NCBI GenBank assembly: GCA_963817915.1
Contig: CAWFQL010000012.1
Span: forward strand, 576,001-640,000
Source: an uncultured candidate division Zixibacteria bacterium
GTDB taxonomy: Bacteria > Zixibacteria > MSB-5A5 > UBA10806
Length of the DNA: 64,000 bases
Reading direction: 5' to 3'
Shown here one piece after another: positions 41,512-51,410 of the stretch (its first letter is position 1; each line of letters opens with the position of its first letter). The notes beneath the pieces were generated by a model. It had not been told where the DNA came from and searched no databases. It saw only the letters and a list, made by a program, of their open reading frames with translations. Position numbers and translations under genes: made by a program.

Positions 41512-42425
41512 ATAACAATCCCAAAAGTGATCCGCAGCGTTCGCAAGTCCCCGCGAAGCGAAAAGGCTTTTCGTTGGCGAGATGGTTTGCCAGAAAATTC
41601 GGATTGACCCATGATAATAATTTTGTATCAAATGCCAAGAATAAGGCAATAGAGGATTCTATCGATATAATCGCCAGCAAACTTTCCGATGGCGAGGTCG
41701 CCCTTGAAGGTGACGAACGAGAAATGATTCATGGCGTGGTCGAGCTTGGTGAGACCACCGTCAAGGAGATAATGATTCCCCGGGTTGATATTATTGGTGT
41801 CGAAGTTGGAACACCTTTAAGAGATGTCATTAGCGTGATAAATAAGACCGGTCATTCGCGTATCCCGCTTTATGATGAGTCTCTCGATGATATCAAAGGG
41901 ATGCTTTATGCCAAAGATCTGCTTTCCTGCGCTATAGATGAATTGGATATCGATCTGATTAAAATTTCGCGGAAGCCTTATTTTATTCCGGAAAATAAGA
42001 AAGTCGATGATCTGCTCAGGGAACTCAGGAAAAAGCATATTCATATTTCAATAGTTGTGGACGAATACGGCGGGACCTCCGGCCTGGTGACCATGGAAGA
42101 TATCATTGAAGAAATAGTCGGCGAAATTGAGGATGAATATGACCAGGAGCCGCCGCCAGTATCAAGGTTATCGCCGGGGCAGTTCCTGGTTGATGGGTCG
42201 CTCTCATTATCTGACCTGAACAAAGAAATAGACATAGACCTTCCCGAACGAGAATTCGAAACCGTAGGTGGACTTATTTATGACCTTGTCGGCTCGCTGC
42301 CCGAGAAAGGCAGAAAATTATCATATCATGGTGTCACATTTATAGTCGAAGAGATCGAAGGCCAAAGAATAGTTGCTGTCAAGATTCTTATTGATCAAAA
42401 ACCGCCTTCAGAGAAATCCATTTAA
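41508..42425 (+). CDS. corC: CBS/CorC (YbeX-like) protein
   Basis: MIPRVDI, HSRIPLY and VVDEYGGTSGLVTMEDIIEEIVGEI motifs. Confidence 0.85.
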   Translation: MNNNPKSDPQRSQVPAKRKGFSLARWFARKFGLTHDNNFVSNAKNKAIEDSIDIIASKLSDGEVALEGDEREMIHGVVELGETTVKEIMIPRVDIIGVEVGTPLRDVISVINKTGHSRIPLYDESLDDIKGMLYAKDLLSCAIDELDIDLIKISRKPYFIPENKKVDDLLRELRKKHIHISIVVDEYGGTSGLVTMEDIIEEIVGEIEDEYDQEPPPVSRLSPGQFLVDGSLSLSDLNKEIDIDLPEREFETVGGLIYDLVGSLPEKGRKLSYHGVTFIVEEIEGQRIVAVKILIDQKPPSEKSI

Positions 42426-42446
42426 CACCATACAGAAGAAAATAAA

Positions 42447-43571
42447 TTGAAAAGCCGCGTTGTATCAGTCGCTATAGATTCTTATGATTTGGAGAAAATT
42501 TCCGCATCGCTGAATATCCTCATGGCACCTCTCGGCGGATTCGCCAAATTTATCAAACCGGGGATGAAGGTACTAATAAATCCCAATCTCCTTTCGGCCA
42601 GAACTCCTGATCGCGCGGTGACTACCCATCCCATGCTGGTTGCCGCAGTAGCGGCCAAATGCAAGGAATTGGGCGCGGAGCCTATAATCGGTGATTCACC
42701 CGGTGGAGTTGAGAAGGGGCTAAAGAGGGTCTGGGATAATACTGGCATGGCGTCAACGGCAGAATCGACGGGATGTCAGCTTGTCGGGTTTGAATCGGGG
42801 AATATCAGGCAAGTCTCGGTCGATGGAAGAATCTACCATCTTTCCCGATATGCCTTCGATGTCGATTTTATAATTTCATTGCCGAAACTAAAGACTCACG
42901 TGCTTACTCTTTTCACGGGAGCTATTAAGAACTGCTATGGATTTATTCCCGGATTGAAAAAATCAGATTACCATAAAAGTAACGTCAAGCCCAAATCCTT
43001 CTCCAACGTACTGGTGGATATATTTTCTCAAGTGAAGCCCGGTCTCTTTATAATGGATGGCGGTCTTGTAATGGAAGGTGATGGACCGGCGTCGGGCCAA
43101 TCCCGATGGATGGGATATCTTTTTGCCTCTACCGACGGCGTTGCAATGGATAGTTCTGTCGCGTCTCTGCTCGGGAAATCGAAAAAAATAATATGGCCGA
43201 CAATTATCGCCGCCGAAAGAAAGTTAGGTATCGCCGACCTGAATCTGATAGAGAGAACCGGCCCGGCTTTCAGCAACGGCGTTATTTCGGATTTTAAGCT
43301 GCCAAGCAATGCCTATATGAGTCTAATTCCAGAATCTTTATCCAAATCAGTCGGCTCGCTCATCTGGGCTCGTCCCGCGATAAACCATGATCTCTGTACA
43401 TTGTGCCAGACATGCGTCGATAATTGCCCTCAGAATGTCATTAGCGAATCTGGAGGTAAATTAGTATTTGACTACGACAATTGCATAAAATGTATGTGCT
43501 GCCACGAGCTCTGCCCCGAAAAAGCGGTATATCTCGAAAAAAGCTGGCTGGCCAGCCGCATCGGCCATTGA
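42447..43571 (+). CDS. DUF362 domain protein with a C-terminal 2x[4Fe-4S] domain
   Basis: PNLL...TTHP, PKLKTH...GAIKN and MEGDGP motifs; two CxxCxxCxxxCP clusters. Confidence 0.88.
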   Translation: MKSRVVSVAIDSYDLEKISASLNILMAPLGGFAKFIKPGMKVLINPNLLSARTPDRAVTTHPMLVAAVAAKCKELGAEPIIGDSPGGVEKGLKRVWDNTGMASTAESTGCQLVGFESGNIRQVSVDGRIYHLSRYAFDVDFIISLPKLKTHVLTLFTGAIKNCYGFIPGLKKSDYHKSNVKPKSFSNVLVDIFSQVKPGLFIMDGGLVMEGDGPASGQSRWMGYLFASTDGVAMDSSVASLLGKSKKIIWPTIIAAERKLGIADLNLIERTGPAFSNGVISDFKLPSNAYMSLIPESLSKSVGSLIWARPAINHDLCTLCQTCVDNCPQNVISESGGKLVFDYDNCIKCMCCHELCPEKAVYLEKSWLASRIGH

Positions 43572-43618
43572 TCCAAATTTAATATTACTAAAAGCTTCTA
43601 TAGTCTGGAATCATGCTC

Positions 43619-43652
43619 AAAAAGAAAAGCCCCCATTTTTCAATGGAGGCTT
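43619..43652 (-). terminator. Probable terminator between convergent genes
   Basis: AAGCC.CCATT/AATGG.GGCTT stem, with a T-tract on the minus strand. Confidence 0.5.
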
Positions 43653-43674
43653 CCGCGAGTCAACAAATCAAATT

Positions 43675-44043
43675 CTACTTAAGATGCTTGGATACTAACT
43701 TTGTCATCTCGAACATGCTTACTTTGTTCTTGCCGCCAAATACAGCAGCGAGAGCTGAGTCAGCATTGATCATGCGTCTGTTAACCTTATCCTGCAACCC
43801 GTTCTTCTTGATATAGTCCCAAAGCTTCTTGGTGACTTGGGTTCTCGGTAGAGGTTTGCTTCCGACTACTGCCGCCAACGCGTTGCTCGGAGTCATCGGC
43901 TTCATGAATGCCGCATTTGGTTTCCGTTTGGATTTAGCCTTTGGGGCTTTCTTCGCGACTTTCTTCTTAGCTACTTTCTTCTTTGCAACTTTCTTCTTGG
44001 CGGGTTTCTTCTTGGCTGTCTTTTTTGCTTTCTTAGCAGGCAT
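43675..44043 (-). CDS. SWIB/MDM2 domain protein with a histone-H1-like N-terminal tail
   Basis: PRTQVTKKLWDYIKKNGLQD...RRMINAD...MFEMTK; Lys/Ala-rich N-terminus; SD AAGGAGG. Confidence 0.9.
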   Translation of the reverse strand: MPAKKAKKTAKKKPAKKKVAKKKVAKKKVAKKAPKAKSKRKPNAAFMKPMTPSNALAAVVGSKPLPRTQVTKKLWDYIKKNGLQDKVNRRMINADSALAAVFGGKNKVSMFEMTKLVSKHLK

Positions 44044-44541
44044 TCTAGCCTCCTTCATTGTGCGCCGTGATGGCGTCAGGTTTAATGTTTATTCGCGGTT
44101 TCACTTTCTTTCGCTTTTAATTTTCTTTCACCCCCAGATCACATTATCTCTTTCCAAGACTGATTGTAGGGGGTAATGCAAAAATATTTCAACTAAAAAT
44201 ATTCACTTTTTAGAGGAAAAATGCATTTTTTTTCAAAAAAACCCGTTTTTTGCCCCGAAAAGGCTGTTTTTGCCCTTTATTTCACTCTCGCGAAGTATGA
44301 AGATCGTCATTTCCGCTTCCTTGAACCCTCGATAGTCACCGTGAAATATTTTTTATTTGCTGTGAAGCAAATTGTAAATCAGCGCTTGCGGCAGTCGCAA
44401 ACACATGAATTTTGTCTATGAAGATTAAGAAAATTTTGAGATTAATAAGAGTACGATTACAGTCGATGGAGATATATGAAACTCTTAATCAGATAATTCC
44501 ACTTGAATCCTAAGCCTTGAAATCCTAATATTTCGATGCTT

Positions 44542-44730
44542 ATGAAAATATTAAATTTAAAAATCAGTGTTGATGAAAATCTCTGCGGCCAGTGTGGGGC
44601 CTGTGTCGCCGTTTGCCAATTCGAGGCCATATATCTTTCTCCCTTAGCTCTTGAAATAGATGACGATTCTTGTACATCCTGCGGAGATTGCGTCCAATTC
44701 TGTCCGGTAGGAGCATTAAATCTTGCCTGA
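44542..44730 (+). CDS. 2x[4Fe-4S] ferredoxin
   Basis: CGQCGACVAVC and CTSCGDCVQFCP clusters. Confidence 0.88.
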   Translation: MKILNLKISVDENLCGQCGACVAVCQFEAIYLSPLALEIDDDSCTSCGDCVQFCPVGALNLA

Positions 44731-45902
44731 TATAAAAAAATACGACGTAATTGTGATTGGAGCAGGGCCCGCCGGATCAATGGCTGCGCGATATGCCGCC
44801 GAGGGCGGGGCGAAAACGTTGCTGCTGGAAAAACATGAATCGATCGGCCTGCCGGTTTGTTGCGCGGAGGGAATTACCGACGCCGGTTTGAGGAATTATG
44901 TGGAACCTCGTCCTGAATGGATTGCGACTTATATAAGCAGGGCGAGCCTGGTCGGGCCATCGGGAAAGACTATCACCGTAACACACGAGAACGCCGGATT
45001 CATTTTGCATAGGGATAAATTCGATAATTATTTAACCCAGATGGCGAAAGATTCAGGCGCCGAAGTTGAGACTTACTCGCCAGTCGTATCATTGAATATT
45101 AGAGACCAGATAATAAAAAGCGTCGTAGTTGAGAACTCGAGTCATCGCGTAGAATACGAAGCAGATATTTTCATAGCGGCGGATGGGGTCGAATCGCGAA
45201 TCGCTATGATGGCGGGAATCGCCACCAATGCTGAATTGACTCAAATAGATACGACATGCCAGTACTATGCGGATAATCTCACTATAGATGATGACAAAGT
45301 TGATATTTATATTGGCAATAATATCGCGCCCGGCGGCTATATCTGGGTTTTTCCAAAATCGGCAACCTCAGCCAATATCGGAGCTGCTATCTGGCCTCCA
45401 AGGCTGGATGGGAAATTCGCCAAAAATTACCTTGATGATTTTATCGACAATCATTTTCCCGGACATAAAAAGGTGAGACTTACGATGGGAGGTCTGCCGG
45501 AATTCAAGTCTGATATCCCGAGGGTTCAGGGAAACCTGATGCTGATTGGCGACGCCGCCAGAATATTGGATTCGCTTTCCGGAGCGGGAATCTCGAATGC
45601 CATGATTTCGGGCAAAATCGCGGGAGAAACAGCCGCAAAATCGCTGGGGAATATTCCGAACCTTCGCGAATATTTTAAAGAATTCATGAAGCTCAAATCC
45701 AAGGAACTTCATGCTTATAAAGTGCTGAAATCGCTTTTAGTAAAGGCAACCGATAATGACTTCAATATTATAGTCGATGCTCTCGACGATCTATTTCCCG
45801 AATAAGAAAATCCGGGATGTTAATTTCCCGGATCTCATTTTCAGACTTATCTTGAAAAAACCGAGCCTGATTACTCTGGCCCGTTATCTGGTGGCAAGTT
45901 GA
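44723..45902 (+). CDS. Geranylgeranyl reductase family flavoprotein (a frameshift near 45802 truncates the ORF at 45805)
   Basis: GAGPAGS, PVCCAEG, AADGVESR, PGGYIWVFPK and GDAA motifs. The shifted frame continues KKIRDVNFPDLIFRLILKKP... to a TGA at 45900-45902. Confidence 0.85.
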
Positions 45903-45904
45903 AT

Positions 45905-46156
45905 CTATTTAGCGTTAATCTTCTTAGCGAGCCTCGATTTAAGTCTGGCTGCCTTGTTTTTATGGATTACGCGTTTGCGGGCGGCCATATCAAGCTGGCG
46001 AACCGCGTCACCAAATTCGGTTTTCCGTTTCTCTTTATCCTTTTCGGAACGAACTGTCTTGATAGCTGCACGAAGCTCGGATTTGGTCTTTCTATTTCTT
46101 TGACGGGCTACTTCTGCCTGCTTTTTTCTCTTTACCGCCGATTTGTGTTTGAGCAA
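45905..46156 (-). CDS. rpsT: 30S ribosomal protein S20
   Basis: HKSAVKR...RNR..KS.LR...IHKNKAARLKSRL; TTG start after AAGGAG. Confidence 0.93.
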   Translation of the reverse strand: MLKHKSAVKRKKQAEVARQRNRKTKSELRAAIKTVRSEKDKEKRKTEFGDAVRQLDMAARKRVIHKNKAARLKSRLAKKINAK

Positions 46157-46214
46157 TTGAATCTCCTTTTTCAAAAATCAAAATCGAGCCCGAAATATAA
46201 ATTATTGGTGAACA

Positions 46215-47786
46215 TTGTCAACTGAAAAAAAATCGTTTCTAAGAAGAACCGGCCGTTTTTCGCTGGCCACGATAATTTCCCGTTTCACGGGCCTCCTCCG
46301 CGAAGCGACGCTGGCGGCCCTTTTCGGGGCATCCGGCTCTATGGACGCCTTCGTGGCGGCATTTCGTATACCAAACCTGCTTAGGGACCTTTTCGCTGAA
46401 GGCGCCCTTTCCGCGGCCTATATCCCGGTTTTTACGGACAAGCTGAAAAAAGAGGGCAAAGAACAGGCATTCGAAGTCACTTCGTCGGTTTTCTCCATAA
46501 TGCTTGTCTTTTTGGGAATATTGGTGACACTTGGCATAGTGCTGGCCCCATATTTTGTACAATATTATGTCTCGGGCTTTTCGGCCGATCCCGCCAAAAT
46601 TGATCTGACCATAACCTTATCGCAGATCATGTTTCCATTTCTGCTTTTGGTGGCATTGGCGGCCGCCTGCATGGGGACATTGAATTCACTGGGCAGATTT
46701 GGCATCCCGGCAGTCGCCCCTGCGGTCTTCAATATAATCACGATAATCATGGCCCTGTATTTTTCTCAATATTTTAACCCGCCGATTTTAGTCCTTGGCG
46801 TAGGGGTCATCGTGGGTGGTTTGGGGCAATTTCTGATTCAGGCGCCTCAGATGGCTCGGGCTGGCTATCGTTTTCATTTTCATCTCAATTTCAACGATCC
46901 TTCTGTTAGGAAAATATTCAAGCTTTTGCTACCGGCCGCGCTTGGAGTGGCGGCATGGCAGATAAATGTCGTAGTCGGAACAGTTATAGCATCCCATCTT
47001 TCAGAGGGGAGTATATCCAATTTGTACTATTCTCTACGGTTGGTGCATTTTCCATTAGGCATTTTCGGAGTGGCATTGGCAGCGGTATCGCTGCCTGAGA
47101 TATCCGGCATGGTGTCGTCAGGGGATTTTAAGGGTGCAGGTGAGGCCCAGCGATATTCATCTCGAATGGTGATCTTCCTGCTTTTGCCATCGGCAGCTTA
47201 CCTGATTGGCGCGGCCGATTCTGTCGTGGCATTGGCATATCAACGAGGGAATTTTTCGTGGAATGACACGCTTGATGTCGCCATGGGGCTGCGGGCATAT
47301 TCGGTCGGTCTGGTGTTTTTCGGACTGGTTAGAGTAACGGCCCAAGTTTTTTACGCATTCAAAGATACAGCGACACCCGTGAAAATTTCGGTGGTTGCAG
47401 TACTGGTGAATATAGGATTGAGTCTTTTATTAATGAAACCCCTGGGGTTTGCCGGGTTGGCTCTGGCGACCTCGATTTCAGCCCTGACTAATTTTTCTCT
47501 ATTATATTATTCATCAGGGAAGAAGGCGCCCAGGCCAGATAGCATGGGTTTGCTAAAATATTCGGCAAAAATCCTGCTCGCGTCTTTTCACTGCTATCTG
47601 GCGTCAGCGGCGGTAACTTTCGCATTTAAGGGAGCTAATGGCTACAATGGTATTTGGGGCTCTGGCATGGCGGCCTTGCTCTCCGCGATTGCTGGCGGAG
47701 CGGTATATTTTTCCTTTTGCTATATTCTGAAGATCGATGAGCTCAAGCATGTCAAAGAAGCGTTCTTCAGCCGGAAAAAGTCCTAA
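46215..47786 (+). CDS. murJ: Lipid II flippase MurJ
   Basis: SRFTGLLRE, AFRIPNLLRDLFAEGALSAA and FYAFKDTATP motifs. Confidence 0.95.
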   Translation: MSTEKKSFLRRTGRFSLATIISRFTGLLREATLAALFGASGSMDAFVAAFRIPNLLRDLFAEGALSAAYIPVFTDKLKKEGKEQAFEVTSSVFSIMLVFLGILVTLGIVLAPYFVQYYVSGFSADPAKIDLTITLSQIMFPFLLLVALAAACMGTLNSLGRFGIPAVAPAVFNIITIIMALYFSQYFNPPILVLGVGVIVGGLGQFLIQAPQMARAGYRFHFHLNFNDPSVRKIFKLLLPAALGVAAWQINVVVGTVIASHLSEGSISNLYYSLRLVHFPLGIFGVALAAVSLPEISGMVSSGDFKGAGEAQRYSSRMVIFLLLPSAAYLIGAADSVVALAYQRGNFSWNDTLDVAMGLRAYSVGLVFFGLVRVTAQVFYAFKDTATPVKISVVAVLVNIGLSLLLMKPLGFAGLALATSISALTNFSLLYYSSGKKAPRPDSMGLLKYSAKILLASFHCYLASAAVTFAFKGANGYNGIWGSGMAALLSAIAGGAVYFSFCYILKIDELKHVKEAFFSRKKS

Positions 47787-48784
47787 TGAAAATCGCAGTT
47801 ATTCAAACAGCGTTTCCGGGCGATGTCATATTATCCACGCCGATATTTCAGGCATTAAAAGATAAATATATCGGATGTAAGACAGTCGCGGTAGTCAGGC
47901 CGGAATCGGTTTGTTTATTGCAAAATAATCCTTATATCGATACGATTCTGCCATATGATAAATACGGCTCCGACAGCGGAATCTCAGGTATCTTGCGCAT
48001 AGCGTCCAAATTAAAGGGATGCGATCAAGCTATTATAATTCAAAGGCATTTTCGCTCGGCGCTGCTGTCATTATTGGCAGGAATCAAGGAGCGAGTTGGA
48101 TTTGATAATTCATCTTCAGAGATTTTGTATGCAAAAAAGGTGAAATATCAAAAAGACCATCATGAAGTCCAAAGATGCCTTGAATTGATAGGAATAGATA
48201 ATATTGATAAAAGGTATTCGCCCAGAATATTTCTCGATAACGATGTAAACGCAAGAGCAGAAAAAAAACTTCTCGAAGCCGGGATTAATTCTGATTTTGC
48301 GGTGGTGGCGCCCGGTTCTGTATGGGCAACCAAGCGGTACGCGCACTATTTGGAATTAACCGATCTAATTGCGAATAAGTTGAATTTAAAGGTTGTTATG
48401 GTAGGCGGGATTTCGGATTCTGCTGACGCCGAATATTTAGCAAGTAATGCTCAAAATCATCCGGTAAATTTGGTAGGGAAGACCGATCTTTTGGAATCGG
48501 CCGCAATTATTTCAAAAGCCAAAATTGCATTTACCAATGATTCCGCGCCGGCGCATATTGCCGCTGCTGTTGGCACACCTGTAGTGGCAATTTTCGGGCC
48601 GACTTCGCCGTCATTTGGGTTTTCTCCATACTCAGAAAAATCGAGAGTTGTCGATATTGGAAATCTATATTGCCGTCCATGCACAATACACGGATCGAAA
48701 AAATGCCCTGAAAAACATTTTCGATGTATGATTGATTTGCAACCTGAAGTAATTATCGAGGCGGCAAAATCACTGCTTTCCTGA
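47786..48784 (+). CDS. waaF: GT9 LPS heptosyltransferase (WaaF-like)
   Basis: GDVILSTP, APGSVWATKRY, NDSAPAHIAAAVGTPVVAIFGPT and CRPC motifs. Confidence 0.8.
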   Translation: MKIAVIQTAFPGDVILSTPIFQALKDKYIGCKTVAVVRPESVCLLQNNPYIDTILPYDKYGSDSGISGILRIASKLKGCDQAIIIQRHFRSALLSLLAGIKERVGFDNSSSEILYAKKVKYQKDHHEVQRCLELIGIDNIDKRYSPRIFLDNDVNARAEKKLLEAGINSDFAVVAPGSVWATKRYAHYLELTDLIANKLNLKVVMVGGISDSADAEYLASNAQNHPVNLVGKTDLLESAAIISKAKIAFTNDSAPAHIAAAVGTPVVAIFGPTSPSFGFSPYSEKSRVVDIGNLYCRPCTIHGSKKCPEKHFRCMIDLQPEVIIEAAKSLLS

Positions 48785-51076
48785 TGATTTCAAGAGCGAT
48801 TCGGCCAGATTCAGTTTTTCTCGCGCCTCGGGAAAATCGGGTTTAATATCCAACGCCTCTTTAAAGAATTGAATCGCCTGATCTAATAAACCGACCTTGG
48901 CCAATGTCAACGCGCAGTTGTAATATGTAAGGGCGTTTTCGGGATCGAGTTCGATCGATTTCTTGAACGCTGCCAACGCTTCTTTATACATTTTGACATA
49001 ATCATAAGCCAGCGCTAGATTTGTCCAGGCATCGGGTAATTCGGGTAAAAGCTCGGTGGTCTTTTTAAAATAATTAAGGGCGGTGTCGGCCTTTCCCTTT
49101 TTTACTTGAATCAAGCCGAGCTCATAATTCGCTAATCCTGTTACCCTATCAGGTTTATAACCATATTTGACCTGTGAAGAATAGATGGTCGAAAGGTCGT
49201 ACCTTTCGACAATATCCTGGGGATTTTTAGATACTATTTGAAGGAATTCATTTTCTGCCTCGGGCAATTGCCCCCTGTCTTCCAGCATCTTCCCCTTGAA
49301 ATAATGCCCAGGCAAGTAATCCGGGAACAATGTTGTCAGGCTATCGGCAATTTTATAGGCTGTGTCATTATCTTTTAGTCTGGATGATGCCAGTATGATA
49401 TTGACGTAAGCGTCAAGAAATTGAGGCGATATATTGATAGCCTGGCGCGCTTCTTTCAATGATCCTTCGTCATCGCCCTGCAATCTGTCAAGAACCGCGA
49501 GATTGTTGTGCGCCGCCGCCGAGACATGACATTTGGCGATCTCAAGGTCGAATTCCTTGCGGGCATTTTCAAAATCCTTCTGCTCGAAAAATATTATTCC
49601 TCGATTGAGATGCGCGGATGGTGTACATTCCGAAAGCGCCAATGCCTTATCGTATTCATCGAGCGCTTTATCATTCAATCCTTTTTTTAGGTAAACATTG
49701 CCAAGTGAAAAATGAGACATGGCGAAATTCTCATGGGAGACTCCATAAAAATCAATATTGGTTAATGCAAATAAAATGATCAAAATTATGGCGGATTTTA
49801 CTATTTTTCTGATACTTCGGGTCTTAATTATTTCAAAACTTTTATAGAATGCTAAGGCCGCGAGAATAATTAGGAACGGCCATACCGGCAACCTGAAACG
49901 ACCATTCACGAAAAAGACAACCACTGTCAGCATATAAATGATAATGAAATGTCCCATGAGATGATATTTGATGTTATAGCGAAATATCAGAATCAGTCCA
50001 ATAAGTGAAAATGGCGCAATTATGAAAAATAAGGGGGGAAGAATTTTGGTAATAGAAGCAAATTGCCTGAAGAAATAAAGATTTTGATTATTTGATATTT
50101 CGTACGAATTCCAAAATAGGCTTATCTTCTTTATAGATAGTCTAATCCAATCTGCGGGTTTGCTTTTAATAAAGTCGTACGCCTTTTCATAATAAAATGA
50201 CGAGACTGCGGAAGGTTTCATCGGCTGGCCAAGACGACCGGTTTCTTTTTTCGCCAAATATTCGCAATCGGAATACTGCCAGGTATTGCCAAATTCAGGC
50301 ATGACCGCGGATGCACCGTCGGCATATTGATTGTTGCCGATATAAAAATTTATTCCGCCCTGCGAGGCGATCAGGACATTATCGTGACCGATTATCAGAT
50401 TTCTCAGATAAACTGGCAAAATAATTATTCCGCAAGCGATAGCGTAAATGGCAAATCGCCATAATGCCGTCTTATACTTTTTATCGAATACAAATATCAT
50501 CCAGATAAATACAGCGGGCAGGAACGCCAGATAATTTGGCCGAGTTATACTCGCCACGCCAAGAGTCAGACCCGCCAAAATGATGCGCCAGCGCGATGGT
50601 TTTTCAATTGAACGGAATAATGTCCAGATGACAAGAATACTGAATAAAACCAAAAGCGAGTCGAGCAGCAGCTCATCCTCATAATAAATGAAAACCCAAT
50701 TAAATGCCGCTATCAGGCCGACAGTCAATGATAACTTCCTGCCAAAATAACGATCCGAAAAAAGGAAGAGCATCGAGCAGGTAAATGCTCCCAAAAAATG
50801 CTGGATAATTTTCGCAACTGCCAGCGAAGAGCCGAAGATGGCGTATATTAATCCCAAAAAATAGGCGTAAAAAGGCGCTCGGAAAAATGGCCCCGACCCC
50901 AGGATATCGCCGCCCGCTATCTGCCTTGCCCAAAGATCATGATAGAGCGGATCGATTGTGGGAGAGTCCCAGCCGGGGAAATTGGCTTTGATTTGATAGA
51001 AATATATTAATCTCACTGTGAGCGAAATTAGGAAAATAATCCCTGCCCATAGATATTTGGAATCTATCTTTTTCAT
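48770..51076 (-). CDS. GT-C (family 39/PMT-like) glycosyltransferase with C-terminal TPR repeats
   Basis: D..YHDLWARQI, PFYAYFLG, GGINFYIGNN and RFRLP motifs in the membrane part, followed by TPR repeats. Confidence 0.8.
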   Translation of the reverse strand: MKKIDSKYLWAGIIFLISLTVRLIYFYQIKANFPGWDSPTIDPLYHDLWARQIAGGDILGSGPFFRAPFYAYFLGLIYAIFGSSLAVAKIIQHFLGAFTCSMLFLFSDRYFGRKLSLTVGLIAAFNWVFIYYEDELLLDSLLVLFSILVIWTLFRSIEKPSRWRIILAGLTLGVASITRPNYLAFLPAVFIWMIFVFDKKYKTALWRFAIYAIACGIIILPVYLRNLIIGHDNVLIASQGGINFYIGNNQYADGASAVMPEFGNTWQYSDCEYLAKKETGRLGQPMKPSAVSSFYYEKAYDFIKSKPADWIRLSIKKISLFWNSYEISNNQNLYFFRQFASITKILPPLFFIIAPFSLIGLILIFRYNIKYHLMGHFIIIYMLTVVVFFVNGRFRLPVWPFLIILAALAFYKSFEIIKTRSIRKIVKSAIILIILFALTNIDFYGVSHENFAMSHFSLGNVYLKKGLNDKALDEYDKALALSECTPSAHLNRGIIFFEQKDFENARKEFDLEIAKCHVSAAAHNNLAVLDRLQGDDEGSLKEARQAINISPQFLDAYVNIILASSRLKDNDTAYKIADSLTTLFPDYLPGHYFKGKMLEDRGQLPEAENEFLQIVSKNPQDIVERYDLSTIYSSQVKYGYKPDRVTGLANYELGLIQVKKGKADTALNYFKKTTELLPELPDAWTNLALAYDYVKMYKEALAAFKKSIELDPENALTYYNCALTLAKVGLLDQAIQFFKEALDIKPDFPEAREKLNLAESLLKSSGKQ

Positions 51077-51410
51077 TGGAATGATGATATTATTATCGCT
51101 ATTCACTGGCAAGATGTTTGTTTTCAGCACATTCCGGATTATGAAATGAATTGCAGCTTTATGCTACCCGGTGTCATTTCCGGCTATTCGATTTCAATTT
51201 ATTTGTTCAATTGGATATCGATTTTATGCTTAATATGAGATTTGGAAAGCGATTACGCTGAGAATCTGGAACGGACGAGGATTGATTCCTGTTAATAACT
51301 TTGATTATGATGGGCACGGTTTTTGACTTGATTTTAGCGGGGATTATAGTTAGTTTATATTAATTTGGATGGAATAAGGTGTTTTTAAAATTAAAAAAGA
51401 GGAGCCTTAA

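Noticed and set aside
45780..45902. Stop-codon readthrough or selenocysteine in the GGR gene
   Set aside because: The stop is TAA and the continuation is in another frame; one extra base explains it.
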